A stretch of DNA of 64,000 nucleotides from the NCBI RefSeq assembly GCF_009914755.1, contig NC_060936.1; one strand, written 5' to 3'. This stretch comes from the human T2T-CHM13v2.0 reference genome, Homo sapiens. This document shows, in pieces, positions 15,107 through 33,158 of the stretch. The notes under the pieces were generated by a model. That model was given only the letters and a program-made list of their open reading frames with translations. It was not told the DNA's origin and did not search any database. Every line of letters starts with the position of its first letter. The first letter of the stretch is position 1. Both the position numbers and the translations under genes were made by a program.

Positions 15107-15694
15107 TCTAGAGGAAAGAGTTAACATAGCCAGTATGTTTTACTCAGTTCTTGCTTGTCTTTGGGAACACCTGCAGTCACAGCAATGACCCTGACCCAAA
15201 TCCTGAGCACTAAACTCCCTGAAATGCTTACTAATTAGTTATGTTATTTTTGTGCCCTCAAGGCAGTGGTCAAAATATATCAAGACAGTATCATTGTTTA
15301 AAGTTGACATGAAGATTCCTGATGCATCCTAGTACCTAGTTTGGGGTCTGCATCCTGGCTGGTTACATAGCTACACGACCAGCTCCCTTGACCAGCTCTG
15401 AACCCCTAAGACTTGAGTGGGCTTTCCTGGGTGGAGGCGTTTTGCATATGTCTCTGCAGTTTACAGCTGGAGAGAAACATGCATTCCTGAGAAACATGTG
15501 GAATCCCTACAGAGAGAGGACAAGAAAGCCTACTACGACTTCTCTAGTTTTGCCACCATATATCTGTATCCTGCTGTTCCTGCACCATACCCTTTGCTGT
15601 AATAAATCTTAGCCTTGAATATGATTCTATATTGAGTCGTGAGTGAGTCCTTCCAGCAAATCACTAGTAGGTGGTCATGGTACTCCCCAAAACA
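15107..15694 (+). mobile_element. ERVL-type LTR (MER77/MER21/MER68-like)
   Basis: Starts GGAAAGAGTTAACATAGC; has AATAAA followed by a GTGAGTCCTTCCAGCAAATCAC U5 motif. Confidence 0.55.
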
Positions 15695-17050
15695 ACTGCC
15701 TTCTTGAGCCACTCCCCTTTTTGACATCTGTGACATCACTCTTAATTTTCCTTCTACCTCATTACTGATTTTTTCCCATCTCCATTCTTGGCTCCTCTAC
15801 TCTATCAGACTAACTGTGTGACGGTGCTATAGCTCGATTCTGGCCTTCTTTTCTTTATCTCTACTCTCTTGCTAGATTATTTTATTAGTCCTGCAGGTTT
15901 CAATACCATTTCTATGTTGATGACTCCCAACTTTCTTTCTGCAGCCAAACTTCTCTCTTGAGCTCCACTTATATACCCAACCGTCTCCACTGGATACCTC
16001 CTGAGGAGTTCACAATTTCTAAAGAAAATGTCTGAATCAGAGCCCTTGATTTCATCCCAAATCTGTCCTCTTCCAGTTTTGTCCATCTAACATAAGAACA
16101 CTTCATACACTCAGTCGAGCACAAAACCTAAGCATCATCCTTGATTTTCCTCTTCTGCTCACACGCCTTCCTCCTCCAATCCAATCCAATCTAATCCAAT
16201 CCAATCCAATCCAATCCAATCCAACCCAACCCAACCCAACCCATTAGCAAGTACTCTTGGTTTTATTTCCAAAACAGATTTCCAATCCTTTCACTTGCCT
16301 CCATTCCTAACAGAGCATCTTAATCCAAATCACCATCATCAACATTTGCCAGGACTACTGTAACTGGATTAGTCTCCCTGCTTCTATTCTGGCCATTTTC
16401 TGTATTCAGCAGCTAAAGTTATCTTTCTAAAACCCACATCAGATTGCATCACTCTCTTCTTAAAACCCTTCAATGGTTTCCCATTATTCTCAGAACAGAA
16501 TTCAAACTCTCCACTTTAGAATTGGCTTAGAAGGCACTCTATGCTCTGTCCCCTGTGTACCTTCCAACTTGCTCAAAGACCACTTTCCCCTTGCTCACTG
16601 GGCTCCAGCCACCCTGGTCTCACTTCTGTTCTACTCTTTCCACCTCGAGGCCTTTGCACATCACTTGCACTTTGTGCACTTTGTAATCAGGCTATAAGAT
16701 CTAGCTGACTGTCACCTTTCAGATCTCCACTTTAACCTACCATCTTTTCAGGCAGGCCTCCTGTCATTCTTTCCATACAACATTCTCTCAAACAGTAACT
16801 GCTATGTTTTAGGCACTGAAAATACAGTGACAAGTAGGATAGGCTCCATGCTTTCATGGAACCTATGTTCCACAGTAACTGTCACTCTCCATTATACTAA
16901 ACTATGTATTTGCTTCATAGCAATGATCAAAATCTGAACTCGCCTTGTTTTTTGTTTGCCTCCCTCACTAGCACATGTAAGAAACATCAGAGCAGAGATG
17001 CTATTTGCTCATGACTCTGTCTCTAGCCTAACACAGTGCCTGGCACACAC
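15695..17050. mobile_element. L2 fragments
   Basis: Pyrimidine-rich diverged L2 3' region ending in ...ACAGTGCCTGGCACA. Confidence 0.6.
16176..16242. repeat. (CCAAT)n(CCAAC)n pentanucleotide microsatellite
   Basis: Directly visible. Confidence 0.95.
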
Positions 17051-17467
17051 AGACTGGGATTTACTTCCAAGCAAGAATTATTTGACCAAAGAGCTCTCAG
17101 TGTAAAAAATGTTTGGAAGTTTCTGCAATTGACTGACATGGTGTTATGCTAGAACTGTATGCCATAGAGTTTGGAAACACATTTTGTACCCTTAGAAGTA
17201 CATGTTCTTACAACTCGAAAGATGGCCAAGTCCAACTAAAAAGTTCGTCAAGGCTAGAATGTGACATTTCCCAATTTATCTTTCTGTTTCTTCATAAATT
17301 GAAAGGAACTGACAGTAACACATGACAAACCAGCTAGGCTTATCTCTACCACACTAAGATTATTCATCTGAGTCCCAAAGAGCAATGGAAAAAATTACGT
17401 GTCTGCCCCAATTGAACAATCTTTATCTGAAATTTAACTGTGCACATTTAGTATTATTAGTAAGGTG

Positions 17468-17865
17468 TGAATAGTTTAGATATTTGTTCCCCCAAATTTC
17501 ATGCTGAAATGTCATCCCCCATGTTAGAGGTGGAGCCTGGTGGGAGACGTTTGGGTCATGGGAGTGGATCTCTCATGGCTTGGTGTTGTCCTCACAATAA
17601 TGAGTGAGTTCTCACGAGATCTGGTTGTTTAAAAGCGTGTGGCACCTCCCACCCCCTCTTTCTCTTGTTTCTGCTTTCACCATGTGACGTGCCTGGTCCT
17701 GCTTCACCTTCTGCCATGAGTAAAAGCCTCCTGATGCCTCCCTAGAAACTGAGCAGATGCTGGGGCCACGCTTGTGCAGCCTGCAGAACGCTTAGCCAAT
17801 TAAACCTCTTTTCTTTATAAATTACCCAGTATTTCTTTCTAGCAACCCAAGAACAGCCTAACACA
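17468..17865 (+). mobile_element. MST-type (MaLR) solo LTR
   Basis: Typical MST sequence with TG...ACA ends and a 5-bp TSD AGGTG/AGCTG. Confidence 0.85.
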
Positions 17866-18175
17866 AGCTGTAAATAAATCTCTCCAGTTAAACAATGGGA
17901 AAACTGCTGTAGAATCGCCACATGTTAAATGACCCTACGCTTCCCACATGTCTCTAGGTGTCTATGTTTTCATAAGAGTGACTATCCCCGTGAAAAGGAT
18001 TTTAACGAGTGGGCTCAACTGAGTCACCAACAATGGACAAGGGAATAAATATTTAACAAGGACTAAAAATTAAGGTGAAACTACCTTCAACAGTTCATCT
18101 GTGTATTTCCAAAACTGTGCCCTTCTGGACCACTCACAGCAAGAATAGTTAGACATATCATCTGCCTTCACCTAA

Positions 18176-18581
<406 letters not shown>

Positions 18582-18717
18582 CCTGCTTAACTCTTGGGGG
18601 AAAAAAGGCCTTCTTCACATGATCCCTCCCACCTTTTTTCTTTGTCAAAATTCTGTGACAGACCCTTGAATTATTCCTGGACTGTTCAAATAAAGCCAGA
18701 GGCATTTATTTAAACAC

Positions 18718-19073
<356 letters not shown>

Positions 19074-20486
19074 TAATTACTCTTTTCTTATTACATGTTT
19101 GGTCAGTGTTTTAGGGGGCTGAAGGCAAGGGGTGGGGGTAGACCCATTTTAGGCTAGCCAGTGAATAATTCAACTGTGTCCTTTACTGCCTGAAAGTCCG
19201 TAACTTCTCTGAGGCTTTCTCCTACATGCCAGTGACTTATCTTGAACTGGGGCATAATTGTGGTCCCCCAATTCTACCTCTCTAAGTTATCATATTATTT
19301 ACTACTAATATAAAACTAATTTTAACAAAAAGTTCATAAGAAAACAATGTCATTTTCTTGAGGGACTGAAGAACTTACATACAATATAGGTAACTATATA
19401 AAAGTGTATAAAGTTACATATAATATATGTAACAATATAAAAGTATATTTAAAAATGTACATCCTATATACTTATGTATTATTTAATATACTACATACAA
19501 TATATTTGCATTCATATGTTTCATTTAATAAGCACATAATAACTCTTAATCTTTGTCCTTGAGAGTATCTGTTACATGTAATAAGCACATCTTAGTGCCT
19601 AGGATACAAAGCTGAACAAAGCCTGGTCCTTGGCCTCTATGTGAACATAGAGTTACTGGAAGACGCTCAAGAGGAGAAGAGGTGTGGAAGGAGATTCTGA
19701 CTCTGCCCAGGGAATAGAAAAAGGCTTCCTGGAGGAAGCAACATTTTGAACTAAGTTTCAATTAACGTAATGAATGATCAAATGGTCTCTAACATTTATT
19801 CGTGCTCTAAAAACATGATGTTATGCTAAATTTCACCTGCCTGTATTTGTATATGTGCGTGTGTATTATGTGGGAAAGGAGGCTTAGTTATGTGTTTGAA
19901 TAACTGTCAATTCATGATACTTTAGTTGTGATTTTTAAGTGTGGTTCTAGTTTTCACGGATTTGCATCAGAATAATTTAAAAACTGGATAAGCAACTAAT
20001 TGAAAGTTCTTTAAACAAACAGAAGGATTACTTAATTGGCTTCTCCTGAATTCTGTGATAGACTAAAGACTGGGGTAGTAGGCACTATCATTACTGCCTT
20101 TGTATCCCCACTGTCAAGGTAGTTATCTTCAACTCCGGGTAAGTGCGTGATAACTCTGTGAAGCCAGCTCCAAGGCAATTTGTTTGAAGTTGGCAGCATT
20201 TTTTTTTTTTTTTTTTGATGCAGTGGAGATTAAGCCCTCCAGTTGAGCTTGACAAAGGTATGTATGTGAAAGGTCACAGATAGAAAATGTGTATTTTTAA
20301 AACCTGTGACATGCAGCAGTCCTCAGAAAACAGAGATGAGAAACATTTTTAATGTGCATTTTGTGTCTTTTATTTTAACACAAATTCAAATTAGGACTTA
20401 CTAACCTCTTCACAAACTACTATACAGTATTACATTTAATTGCTAGGAAGAATGTCAATTGTTTTAAATCACTAGACAGAAGTGTT

Positions 20487-20665
20487 TTTTGTTTGTTGTT
20501 TGTTTGTTTTAAAGAGACAGACTCTTGCTGTGTTGCCCAGGCTGGAGTGCAGTGGCTGTTCACAGGTGCGATCATAGTGCAGTACAGCCTCAAACTCCTG
20601 GGTTCAAGTGATTCTCCTGTGTAAGCCTCCCAAGTAGCTGGGACTACAGGACCAAGCCTAGCTCC
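20487..20665 (-). mobile_element. Alu monomer or partial Alu
   Basis: Single-arm Alu homology. Confidence 0.85.
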
Positions 20666-20735
20666 AAACAGGAAGATTTGACTAAATTTGACTTAGTCTC
20701 CTTCCCTTAACCCAAATGCATGTTGGTATTTGATA

Positions 20736-20737
<2 letters not shown>

Positions 20738-20788
<51 letters not shown>
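20738..20788. repeat. (GT)n microsatellite, ~25 units
   Basis: Directly visible. Confidence 0.98.
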
Positions 20789-20792
<4 letters not shown>

Positions 20793-21600
20793 GAGTAATT
20801 TCACTTTAAGGTTTTCTTTTGTTTTGTTTTTTTACATCTTACTTTCTTACTTTGCATTCTTAGAGAAAGGGGTGTTCTAAACACACAAACTGAAAGGAGG
20901 AATCAGGACTAATGGCAGTTATCACATCTCAAATGTAGATACTGCTGTAACCACAGTGTTACCGTCAGATACACACGTTCAGGGATTAAGAACAGAAACT
21001 AAGCACCTTTTGGATGCTGGCCACATGAGCTTCAAGTGGGTCCTTAACAGCTCTCTTTGTGCTTTTACACCAATAGTTCTTAACTCTATCAGATGATGCC
21101 TCTTGCTTTCATATCCAATATTTTGCAACTTCTATTTTATCATGCTGGCATACAATTCTAACACATTTACATACATAATTTCAAAAGATCAATATAGTGT
21201 TCAAACTATATAAAGCAGAAATAAAAAAAGAATGCAATTTACATAAGATATGGTATCCATATGCAATAACTTGGGTACTCCACTAGAAGACAAAGAAATC
21301 ACATGCTTGTATCTATACTTGAGAGTCACCGTGAACATATAGATTACAAATGCAGATTGGTTTGGCTCTTTGTTCACTGTTGTCAGGATTCTCTGAATAT
21401 GAAATATCTCTCAGTCACGTTAAGAGCAAAACAAAATATAATTTCCCCTCAATTTACATATAGTGGCATCCCTGAAAAGTTCAGTATATATTAAAACTGT
21501 TGGGGGGAAATATTTTGTATTTGTATATAAAAAAGATTTTGGTTTTAGGCTCAGATAATTGTAAGCTCATCTTACCCTATGGAGGACATTAGAAAATTGT

Positions 21601-21745
21601 GGGCGGAGGGGACAGTGGCTCATTCCTTTAATCCTAGAGCTACGGGAGGCTGAGGCAGGAGGATCACTTGAGCTCAGGAGTTCGAGACCAGCCTGGGCTA
21701 CATAGTGAGACACCTGTCTCTACTTAAAAAAAAAAAAAAAAAAAA
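21601..21745 (+). mobile_element. FLAM/Alu left monomer
   Basis: Monomer plus A-tail with TSD AAAATTGTGGG. Confidence 0.85.
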
Positions 21746-21792
21746 CCTAAAATTGTGGGGAATAATGTAAGCATGACAAGATAAGTGATAGG

Positions 21793-22068
21793 AAGGGCGC
21801 AGTGGCTCACGCCTGTAATCCCAGCACTTTGGGAGGCTGAGATGGGCAGATTATGAGGTCAGGAGTTCGAGACCAGCCTGGCCAACATGGTAAAACCCTG
21901 TCTCTACCAAAAATTAGCCAGGCGCAATGGTGGGTGCCTGTAACCCTAGCTACTCAGGAGGTTGAGGCAGGAGCATTGCTTGAACCCAGGAGGCGGAGTG
22001 AGCCGACATTGTGACACTGCACTCCAGCATGGGCGACAGAGCGAGACTCCATATAGAAAAAAAAAAAA
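21793..22068 (+). mobile_element. Alu
   Basis: Alu dimer with small deletions. Confidence 0.93.
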
Positions 22069-23386
22069 AGGCAATGTCTTTAAGAAACCCTGAATGTTTC
22101 AAGAATAAGAATAAGGCTGATAGCTGATAAATGTCTCAGAAAGGTACTCTGCGTATTATGTTAAAGGGGAAAGGCTTACTAAACCCATATAACTTTAAAT
22201 CACAAACATGTATATTATAGCTGAATTTCCTAGATTTTAGTGGTTTTCTTCATATTCATCCTCAATATGTCAGTATTTGCATCACAATAGGCATTTTATA
22301 CAGGATCTCAAGCAAACTGGTTTTACGAGCATATTTGGGAAATGAGCAGAGTGTGACGGATGACCAAGTGTTGTGCCAAAATTTTATATACAATGCTGTT
22401 TTCTGAGGGTAAATCACCGGCTAAAATCTATCCAGTTGAGGGCAAGTGATCATGAGAGATCTGTGTATGTGAACATAGTACTTTCCTCTTAGGAGCAAGA
22501 ATCTTAACCAATGTTAGGGAGATTTCTGAACATCTGAAATGGTATAGGACTCCTAGTAGAGGAATTCAGTGAATGTCTGTTAATGATGGGAAGGTGAGAG
22601 TTCTTAGGGAAAGGGGCAAGAGAAATAAATTCTCCCTCATACTTACAACATAACAATGAGAAATACATACTACAATCATCTTTCAAAGCACTAATGACAG
22701 TATTGATTTATGACTAGTGTAAGTTTTAGAAGAGTTGTTTTATTTTTCTTAATATGCATTTCCCAAGAAATTATAAATCAACACAATCTTTTTGGAAGGC
22801 AATTTGGTATATATATCAAATACTTAAAACAGCTTTAGACTTAGTAATTTCCTTTTTGGGTATGTATTAATAATAATAATAATAGCAGCTTTTACATAGC
22901 ACTTACTATGTGCCAGGAATTATTCTAAAGACCCATGGTCACGTAGCTACAAAACTGAGAATCCGGAATTTGAACTTGGGCAGGTGATTCCAAAGCCTGT
23001 GCTCAGATTTTTGCTGTCTTAGCTACAAGGATGTTCACTACAGCATTGATCATAACAGCAAAAGTTTAGAAACAAACTAAATATTCACCAGTGGGGCATA
23101 AGTTAAACAATAAAATATCTATTGACAGGACACAAAACAGAAATTAAAAATCAAGTTTTAGAGATAACATGTTTGCATGGACAAACAAAATAAGATATTT
23201 GACTCAGGGGGGTAAAAAGGCTCAAAACTGTGTAGTATGATTGCAGTCTACTAAATGTTTCCTTTGGATGGTGAGATTTTAATTTTCTTTTTGGTGCTTT
23301 GTTGTATGATCCAAATTTTCTAAATGAACTAGAATTCCTTTTGTACGCAGGAAAAAATTAATAATAACAAATTGCACTCTATAGCA

Positions 23387-24005
<619 letters not shown>

Positions 24006-24105
24006 GATCCTTGGTAGAGCTATACCTTCAGGTCAAATGTGCCCAAACCATGGTCCTAAAACCCTCTACTAATGACCTCAACTTCCATGGAATCATCCCC
24101 ATCTG

Positions 24106-25994
<1,889 letters not shown>

Positions 25995-26319
25995 TAGAGA
26001 GGTGCTTGGGAAATAGGCAGATCTGAGTTTGAATCTTCTAATACTTAGCTATGTTATCTTCAGCAAGTTAATTAACCTCTCTGTGCCTCATTTTACCTGT
26101 TTTGTAAATGAGGATAAGGCCTACTTTGAGTTGCTGAGATCGAAATAATGTCTTAAACTATTTACTACATGGAAAGTACTTGATAACAGAGACTACTAAA
26201 TTTGGCTGGCTTTAAAAAATCTCTAATAGTATTATCACTAGTAAGGAAGGTGTTATTATCCCGCCTACTGTATTCAGATACAATGATGATCAGACTTAGC
26301 AGGAGGCAAGACAAGATAC

Positions 26320-26582
<263 letters not shown>

Positions 26583-27655
26583 CAATGCAAGATTCTTAAA
26601 ATAGATGGTAGGAAATCTCATTTAAAATGGCCCTTTGGGGTTTTGTATGTAGCAGAGCAGTTCTTTCATTGCTATCTATTGATAGTCAACCCTCAACACA
26701 AGGGTTCATTTTTTAAAAAAATAATAAAATGTTCCTAAACTAATTTTGGGGTGTGTGTGGAGAGACTACCCTGAGAAATTCACAGTAAATACATTTGTAT
26801 TTGAAAATGAGCTACCTAATGGCAGGGAATGAATGACACACACGTTTGTTTGCTTCCCATGCCTTTTGCTCAGCAAATATTTGATCCATTAAATAAATAG
26901 ATATAGATTATTGATTATGTGCCAGGCATCCTTCTAGACAAAGGGGTTGGGGCAAAAAATGGGAGGTGCTTCCTTAATTGAACGGAGGATTGAACGAACG
27001 AACTGATGAACACTGTACCTTTTCTGATTTTTCTGAACTAAGTCATCAGTACTTTTTTGCTTCTCTTGTTTCACCTAAGATTTTCTTTACTATGTCACTA
27101 GGCAGTGGGATTTCCTTCAAAAGGCTCAACTGAAATATGGTCTACTATGGCTGAAGCTGGGTATAGATGTGTTTAACTTTTGTGTGGATTTTAAAAGTTT
27201 CAAAATAAAAACGTTTTTAAAAATCACCAATAATAATAGAAGGTAATTATCATGACATGTATCAATGGTTTTATAGTATCCCTGTTTATAACAGAGTTAA
27301 CCAAAAACTATACAGATGCTCAAAGAGGTGAATGACTAAGAAAATTCACATAATCAAGAGGATAGAATACTAAACAGCAACGAATTCACATCTACCGACT
27401 TTGTCAATTCATGGAAATATCTAAGGAAATAACATGAAATGAAAAAACAAGCAGAATATAATCCACAATTACAACAAAGAAAATATGTGATATGCATATA
27501 TTTACATAGGCATAGCACATATATTTAAGTTTTTACAAAAACTAAACATGTATTTAGTTACTTAGGAATATTACTTTCCCTTCTGGGTAAGACTGCCCAC
27601 GTTAATACATGTAATATAAATAAATAAATAAATAACACGTGTATAATAAATTCTG

Positions 27656-27957
<302 letters not shown>

Positions 27958-29038
27958 ATAAATTCTGTTTTCTAAGCAAACTTATCTTACATCAGAGGGC
28001 AGAATGGTTAGGGAAAATATCTAGTGAAAAAGACCACCAACAAAGGAGCACCATCTCTCAATTGTCACACTAATGTGCAGTGACACTTTGGCAACTGACT
28101 CCCAGTTACTGGCATACAGTTTCATCTACCAGTTGGAGCCAAATGGCAGATTTGGGATTTTTCTTAATCCGAGTTATTATTCAGAACAACATATTCAACA
28201 CAAATATTTAACCACTAGTGTCAGATTTTATTTTTACATGATAACTCCTCAAGCCTTTAACCGCAAGAGTGCATACAAGGTAAAATTAAAAACAAAATTA
28301 AGCCTGCTGACTTTCACTGTGATTGTGGTTTGATATCATGCAGGATAGATCACAACTGCTGATTCATATTAGGAAAGAGAGCCCCCAACTGTCACAAGCA
28401 CATTGTGTTTGAAAATACAAAACCTTACCAAATCACTTAGTACTTAAAATTAACAACATCCTCATCATCTTGTGGTTGAAATGATGACTGAACAATAACT
28501 CAAGCTAGTTGTGTTCTATATATTTTTAATTAATATAATTAGTATTCCTAGATCTTTTTAAATTGCTCTACTCTAGCCCTAGGGAAAAATGATTTCAGAA
28601 GGCTGAATACGTATGCTGATTCAAGATATGATTTCTCACACACCCAACCTCTATAATTTTGGATTATAGAGCAATATAGAGTAATTCTGGCACCATCTCT
28701 TTGGCAATGCTGTTTAAAAACAAAGTTACTATTACACACAGCCCAGGATATTGACTTCGCATTGCACATAAATACATTTATATAATACTTTTTCTTTAAT
28801 ATAGAAGCCATAGCCTTGATTTTTTTGAAAAATGATGAAGAATATGGTAATTATGAGACTCTCAATTGACTCAAAAGTTCAGAGCTAAAATCAAGGTAGA
28901 GTTTGAACACACCTTACAAAAAGTTGAGATCCAAATTGCATAAAATTTATGAAACTTTTGATTTAAGGACTAAGTTTTCTGGTAACCTCTTTGGGAACAT
29001 CAGGATAATAAAAGATGATTAAGTAATAATGGTATCTC

Positions 29039-29366
29039 GGCCGGGCACGGTGGCTCATACCTGTAATCCTAGCACTTTGGGAGGCCGAAGCAGGAGGATC
29101 ACAAGGTCAGGAGTTTGAGACCAGCCTGGCCAATATGGTGAAACCCCATCTCTACTAAAAATACAAAAAAATTAGCCAGCTGTGGTGGCGCATTCCTGTA
29201 ATCCCAGCTACTCGGGAGACTGAGGCAGGAGAATTGCTTGAACTCAGGAGGCCGGAGGTTGCAGTGAGCCGAGATCACGCCACTGCACTCCAGCCTGGGC
29301 AACAGAGCGAGACTCTGACCAAAAAAAAAAAAAAAAAAAAAAGAAAGAAAGAAAGAAAGAAAGAAA
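29039..29366 (+). mobile_element. Alu (S-like)
   Basis: Alu dimer with A-tail plus (GAAA)n. Confidence 0.95.
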
Positions 29367-29665
29367 GATGAAATAACGATATCTGATCAAATTATTTGCC
29401 TTGGCCGGATGGGTGCCAGTCCTGGCTATAAAATTCACCATCTGGGAGACCTTGAACAAATTATTTAATTTATCTGATTCAAACTTGCTGTCTATAAAAA
29501 TGAAAATAACTTTATGTAGTTTCTAACTTAGAACAATAAATTATTAATGATAAATATGAAAATGCTGGGAAGAGTTTCAATCACTACTAATATATATTCA
29601 TTATCTAGCATTGTCTTCTTCAAATGGATACATTTTAAAAACAGCCTTTAATCATAGAACCACTT

Positions 29666-29862
29666 TTTTGCATAACTTTAAGCCATAGGGCTAATTATAC
29701 ACGACACAAATCTAACCAACAGAACTGTACTACTTAGATTAAAAGAAACTTGCAGAAATGATAGTTTTGCATAACTTTAAATAAAAGGCTAACTACAGAT
29801 GACACAGAAATCTTACCAACAAAACTGCATTATTTCAGTTTAAAAGAGACATGAAGAAATGA
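29666..29862 (+). repeat. Diverged ~99-bp tandem duplication
   Basis: Units 29666-29764 and 29765-29862 both begin TTTTGCATAACTTTAA and end ...AGAAATGA. Confidence 0.9.
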
Positions 29863-30253
29863 CATTAACAGTCCAAGTCATATATAAAGAAGCCCACACA
29901 AAGGGGAACTGAAACGGATAAACGGACTTACTTGGGAGTTTATCTTGAAAAGGAACTAAAACATACATCCCAAATAACCAATGTCTGCAAGATCCAAAAA
30001 GACAGAAGAACTCCAATAATGGAAAGGACTCAGTGACACTGAATTACAATGGACAAGTCCAGTAAAATTCAGTTCTTCCTACTATTCCTCCCAACAAAAG
30101 CAGAAAACAACCAACACGCACGGTACCGGTTGACTTGTTCTGTGCCACTCAGAGTAGGTGCGTGGAAGAGCAGACAGGAAGCTGGGGCATATTTAATGAA
30201 TACTGAAAGGGAGGACTGAGGGTTTGGCAAAGTGTTCACGAGACGGACCCTAC

Positions 30254-30413
30254 CTTTCACAGATTTCCCAATACTGTGTAAGTGAGTGACAGAACTGTAG
30301 TTTTGGGCAACAGTCTTCAAAAACGCTTCCATCCCTTCCTGGCGGTGGTAGTTGAAATCCAGCGCAGCTACCAAAGGCAGCAACAGCCCTAGCCAGAGGC
30401 ACGGGAAGTCCAT
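30254..30413 (-). CDS. CPM: Carboxypeptidase M, first coding exon (signal peptide and start of the M14 domain); the exon starts at 30416 with 3 nt of UTR
   Basis: Translates to [53 protein letters not shown](G), the CPM N-terminus. The acceptor has a polypyrimidine tract (ttcttcttatttttattcatctctAG|aacATGg) and a strong Kozak context. The donor is AAG|GTAGGG at 30254/30253. The coding part is 160 nt, ending in phase 1. Confidence 0.97.
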
Positions 30414-30449
30414 GTTCTAGAGATGAATAAAAATAAGAAGAACCTGAGA

Positions 30450-31350
30450 ACACATGAGGGCAGGCGGGGGCATCACCAGCTACGTCTCGGTACTCCGGTC
30501 TCAGGGTCTCCCGACACTGACGCTCCCTGCCTCCTAAGGAGGCAAAAGCTGGAAGCAACACCTTCGGGAGTGAGCCGTGCAACCAGAGACCGGGAGCACG
30601 GGCAGCCTCGGTGCCCTCGACCCAGCCGCCCGCGCCTCCCTCTCCTCCTCCTCCTGGCGCCTCCGCCGTCCGGCAGCTGCCACAGCTGCGCCCGGCCCCG
30701 CGCACCCCCAGCCTCACCAGGTCCCAGGCGCGCACCTCTACCCACCCGCGGCCGCCCGGCGGGGCCGGGTGTTATAGCCCGGTCAGAGGGCGGGCGCGCC
30801 CGGGCCCCGCCCCCGGACGTCCCTCCGGCCCACTCCGGAGCCGCGCGGGTGCCTCCCGGGCGGGGCCTCAGCCGCCTTCGCACCTAGGAGAGACGGCGCC
30901 CGCGCGGTGCGCCCTTTCGTGGCGCGGCTGCTGGTGCCCGCGGCCGGGCGGCTGAGCTGGGCGGAGGGCTGCGGGCATGGAGTCGCCGCTCGCGGACAGT
31001 CTTTGCTGGAGCCCCAGGTCAGAAGTGTGTCCTCGCCTCGGCCACGGCTGTAGCCTGGGCAGCCACAGGGCGCTCCACCGAGGGACACTCTCTGTCGCAG
31101 ACTGCAGCCGCTTGGGAGACGTTTAGGGCTCGGCGGGTTTCCTGCGGTTGGCGGTGCCGGGGCCCACCTGGAGCCGGGACGCATGCGGAGTCCTGAGTGC
31201 CCTGAGCCCCGCGCGGGCTCCTGCGGGACGGGCGGCGTCGGCCCCGGCAGGGCGAGCCAAGCTCCCAGCAGTGCCAAGCTGCCCAGCGAGGCTAAGCAAT
31301 CACGGGGCTTCGAGAAAGAACGCGCGCGTGTGTGGAAGTTTTAAATGCCA
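30450..31350. promoter_or_regulatory. CpG-island promoter of CPM
   Basis: Very GC- and CpG-rich segment in an otherwise CpG-depleted window. GC boxes (GGGCGG) lie at ~30788-30813 and ~30858-30865. A minus-strand TATAAC is at 30771-30776. Confidence 0.92.
30718..30745 (-). other. CPM: CPM proximal non-coding exon 1 (5' end approximate)
   Basis: Donor CTG|GTGAGG at 30718/30717 lies ~55 nt downstream of a TATA-like TATAAC. Splicing to 30416 gives ...gggacctg|aacATG, matching my recollection of CPM mRNA. Confidence 0.75.
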
Positions 31351-32066
31351 CGAAGTGCAGAGTGCAGGACATTTTCCAACAAGTTTACATAGTGGGTGGG
31401 ATTTGTGTAAATTAGAATTGAATTTAAAACTGGAAGTCACATCGAAGAAGGCAGGACCACTGTTGTAAATCCGATGCTTCCTCCACCTGCACCTGAGTCT
31501 TAGGCCAATTACAGGTCTCTCGTCCTAAAACGTCCTAAAATGCTCCTTTCTGGAAGGATGGCATGGTCTCTGCACGAGAGAGAACGAAGGCTTCACTCAA
31601 ACCTGAGAGGTGGTTTGTGGCACGGGCCAACCCCCTCTACCTCTCTAAAAGATTCATTCTCATTCATTCTCTCTCTCTCCCCTCCCCCTCTCCCCTTCCC
31701 TCTCTCCCCCTTTCTCCCACTCTCTCCCGGATTGTAAGTAACCGTGTCAGGGTATTGGGGGCCCGTGTCAAGGTCCGCAGAATATAAAAAGTTTGAAAAC
31801 CACTGATTTGAGATAACATTCCACTTTTACAGACTAAAAATACGGATGCAAGCCCACGACTAATTGAATAGAATTTTTCTCGTGGAGGCCCAAGAAAGTG
31901 TATTTTTAGAGAGGACCTTGAATGAATCTAATGTGCCTTCAAGAGCTGAGAACCGTTAGATTCCCTGCCCCTTCTTTCTTACAGATATAGATACTTTTCC
32001 TAGAATTGCGCACTCAGGACTCCCTGAGACTTCCAGTGATTCTGCCGCAGCATAGAAGAGTGGTTT

Positions 32067-32263
32067 AAGAACTGAGGCGCTCTGCCCTTGCGATAGTTTG
32101 CTGAGAATGATGGTTTCCAGCTTCATCCATGTCCGTACAAAGGACATGAACTCATCCTTTTTTATGGCTGCATAGTATTCCGTGGTGTATATGTGCCACA
32201 GTTGTGCACATGTGCCCTAGAACTTAAAGTATATATAAAGAAAAAAAAAGAACTGAGGCGCTC
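32067..32263 (+). mobile_element. Miniature 5'-inverted L1PA insertion inside a MIR
   Basis: TSD AAGAACTGAGGCGCTC at 32067-32082 and 32248-32263. 32083-32200 is the inverted ORF2 end; 32201-32247 is the L1 3' terminus plus A-tail. Confidence 0.9.
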
Positions 32264-32437
32264 ACGGGATGAGTGCCAATTCTTGCTCTGACACTCAGTG
32301 GCTGTGTCGACTCTGTGCCTTATTTTCTGGTGTGTAAAGTGGAAGTCTTAATTGTACCTACCTAAATAAGGTTGGCAGGCACATTGTAAGAACTGTGCGA
32401 AGCGTTTATTACATAAATAAACCAGCTTAATTCGTAA

Positions 32438-33158
<721 letters not shown>

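Noticed and set aside
30069-30253. Extension of the CPM ORF to 114 aa
   Set aside because: Read-through past the splice donor at 30253 into the intron.
30250-31468. Many overlapping 100-165 aa ORFs in the CpG island
   Set aside because: Expected from stop-codon scarcity in GC-rich DNA; low-complexity Pro/Arg/Gly/Ala products with no recognisable domain.
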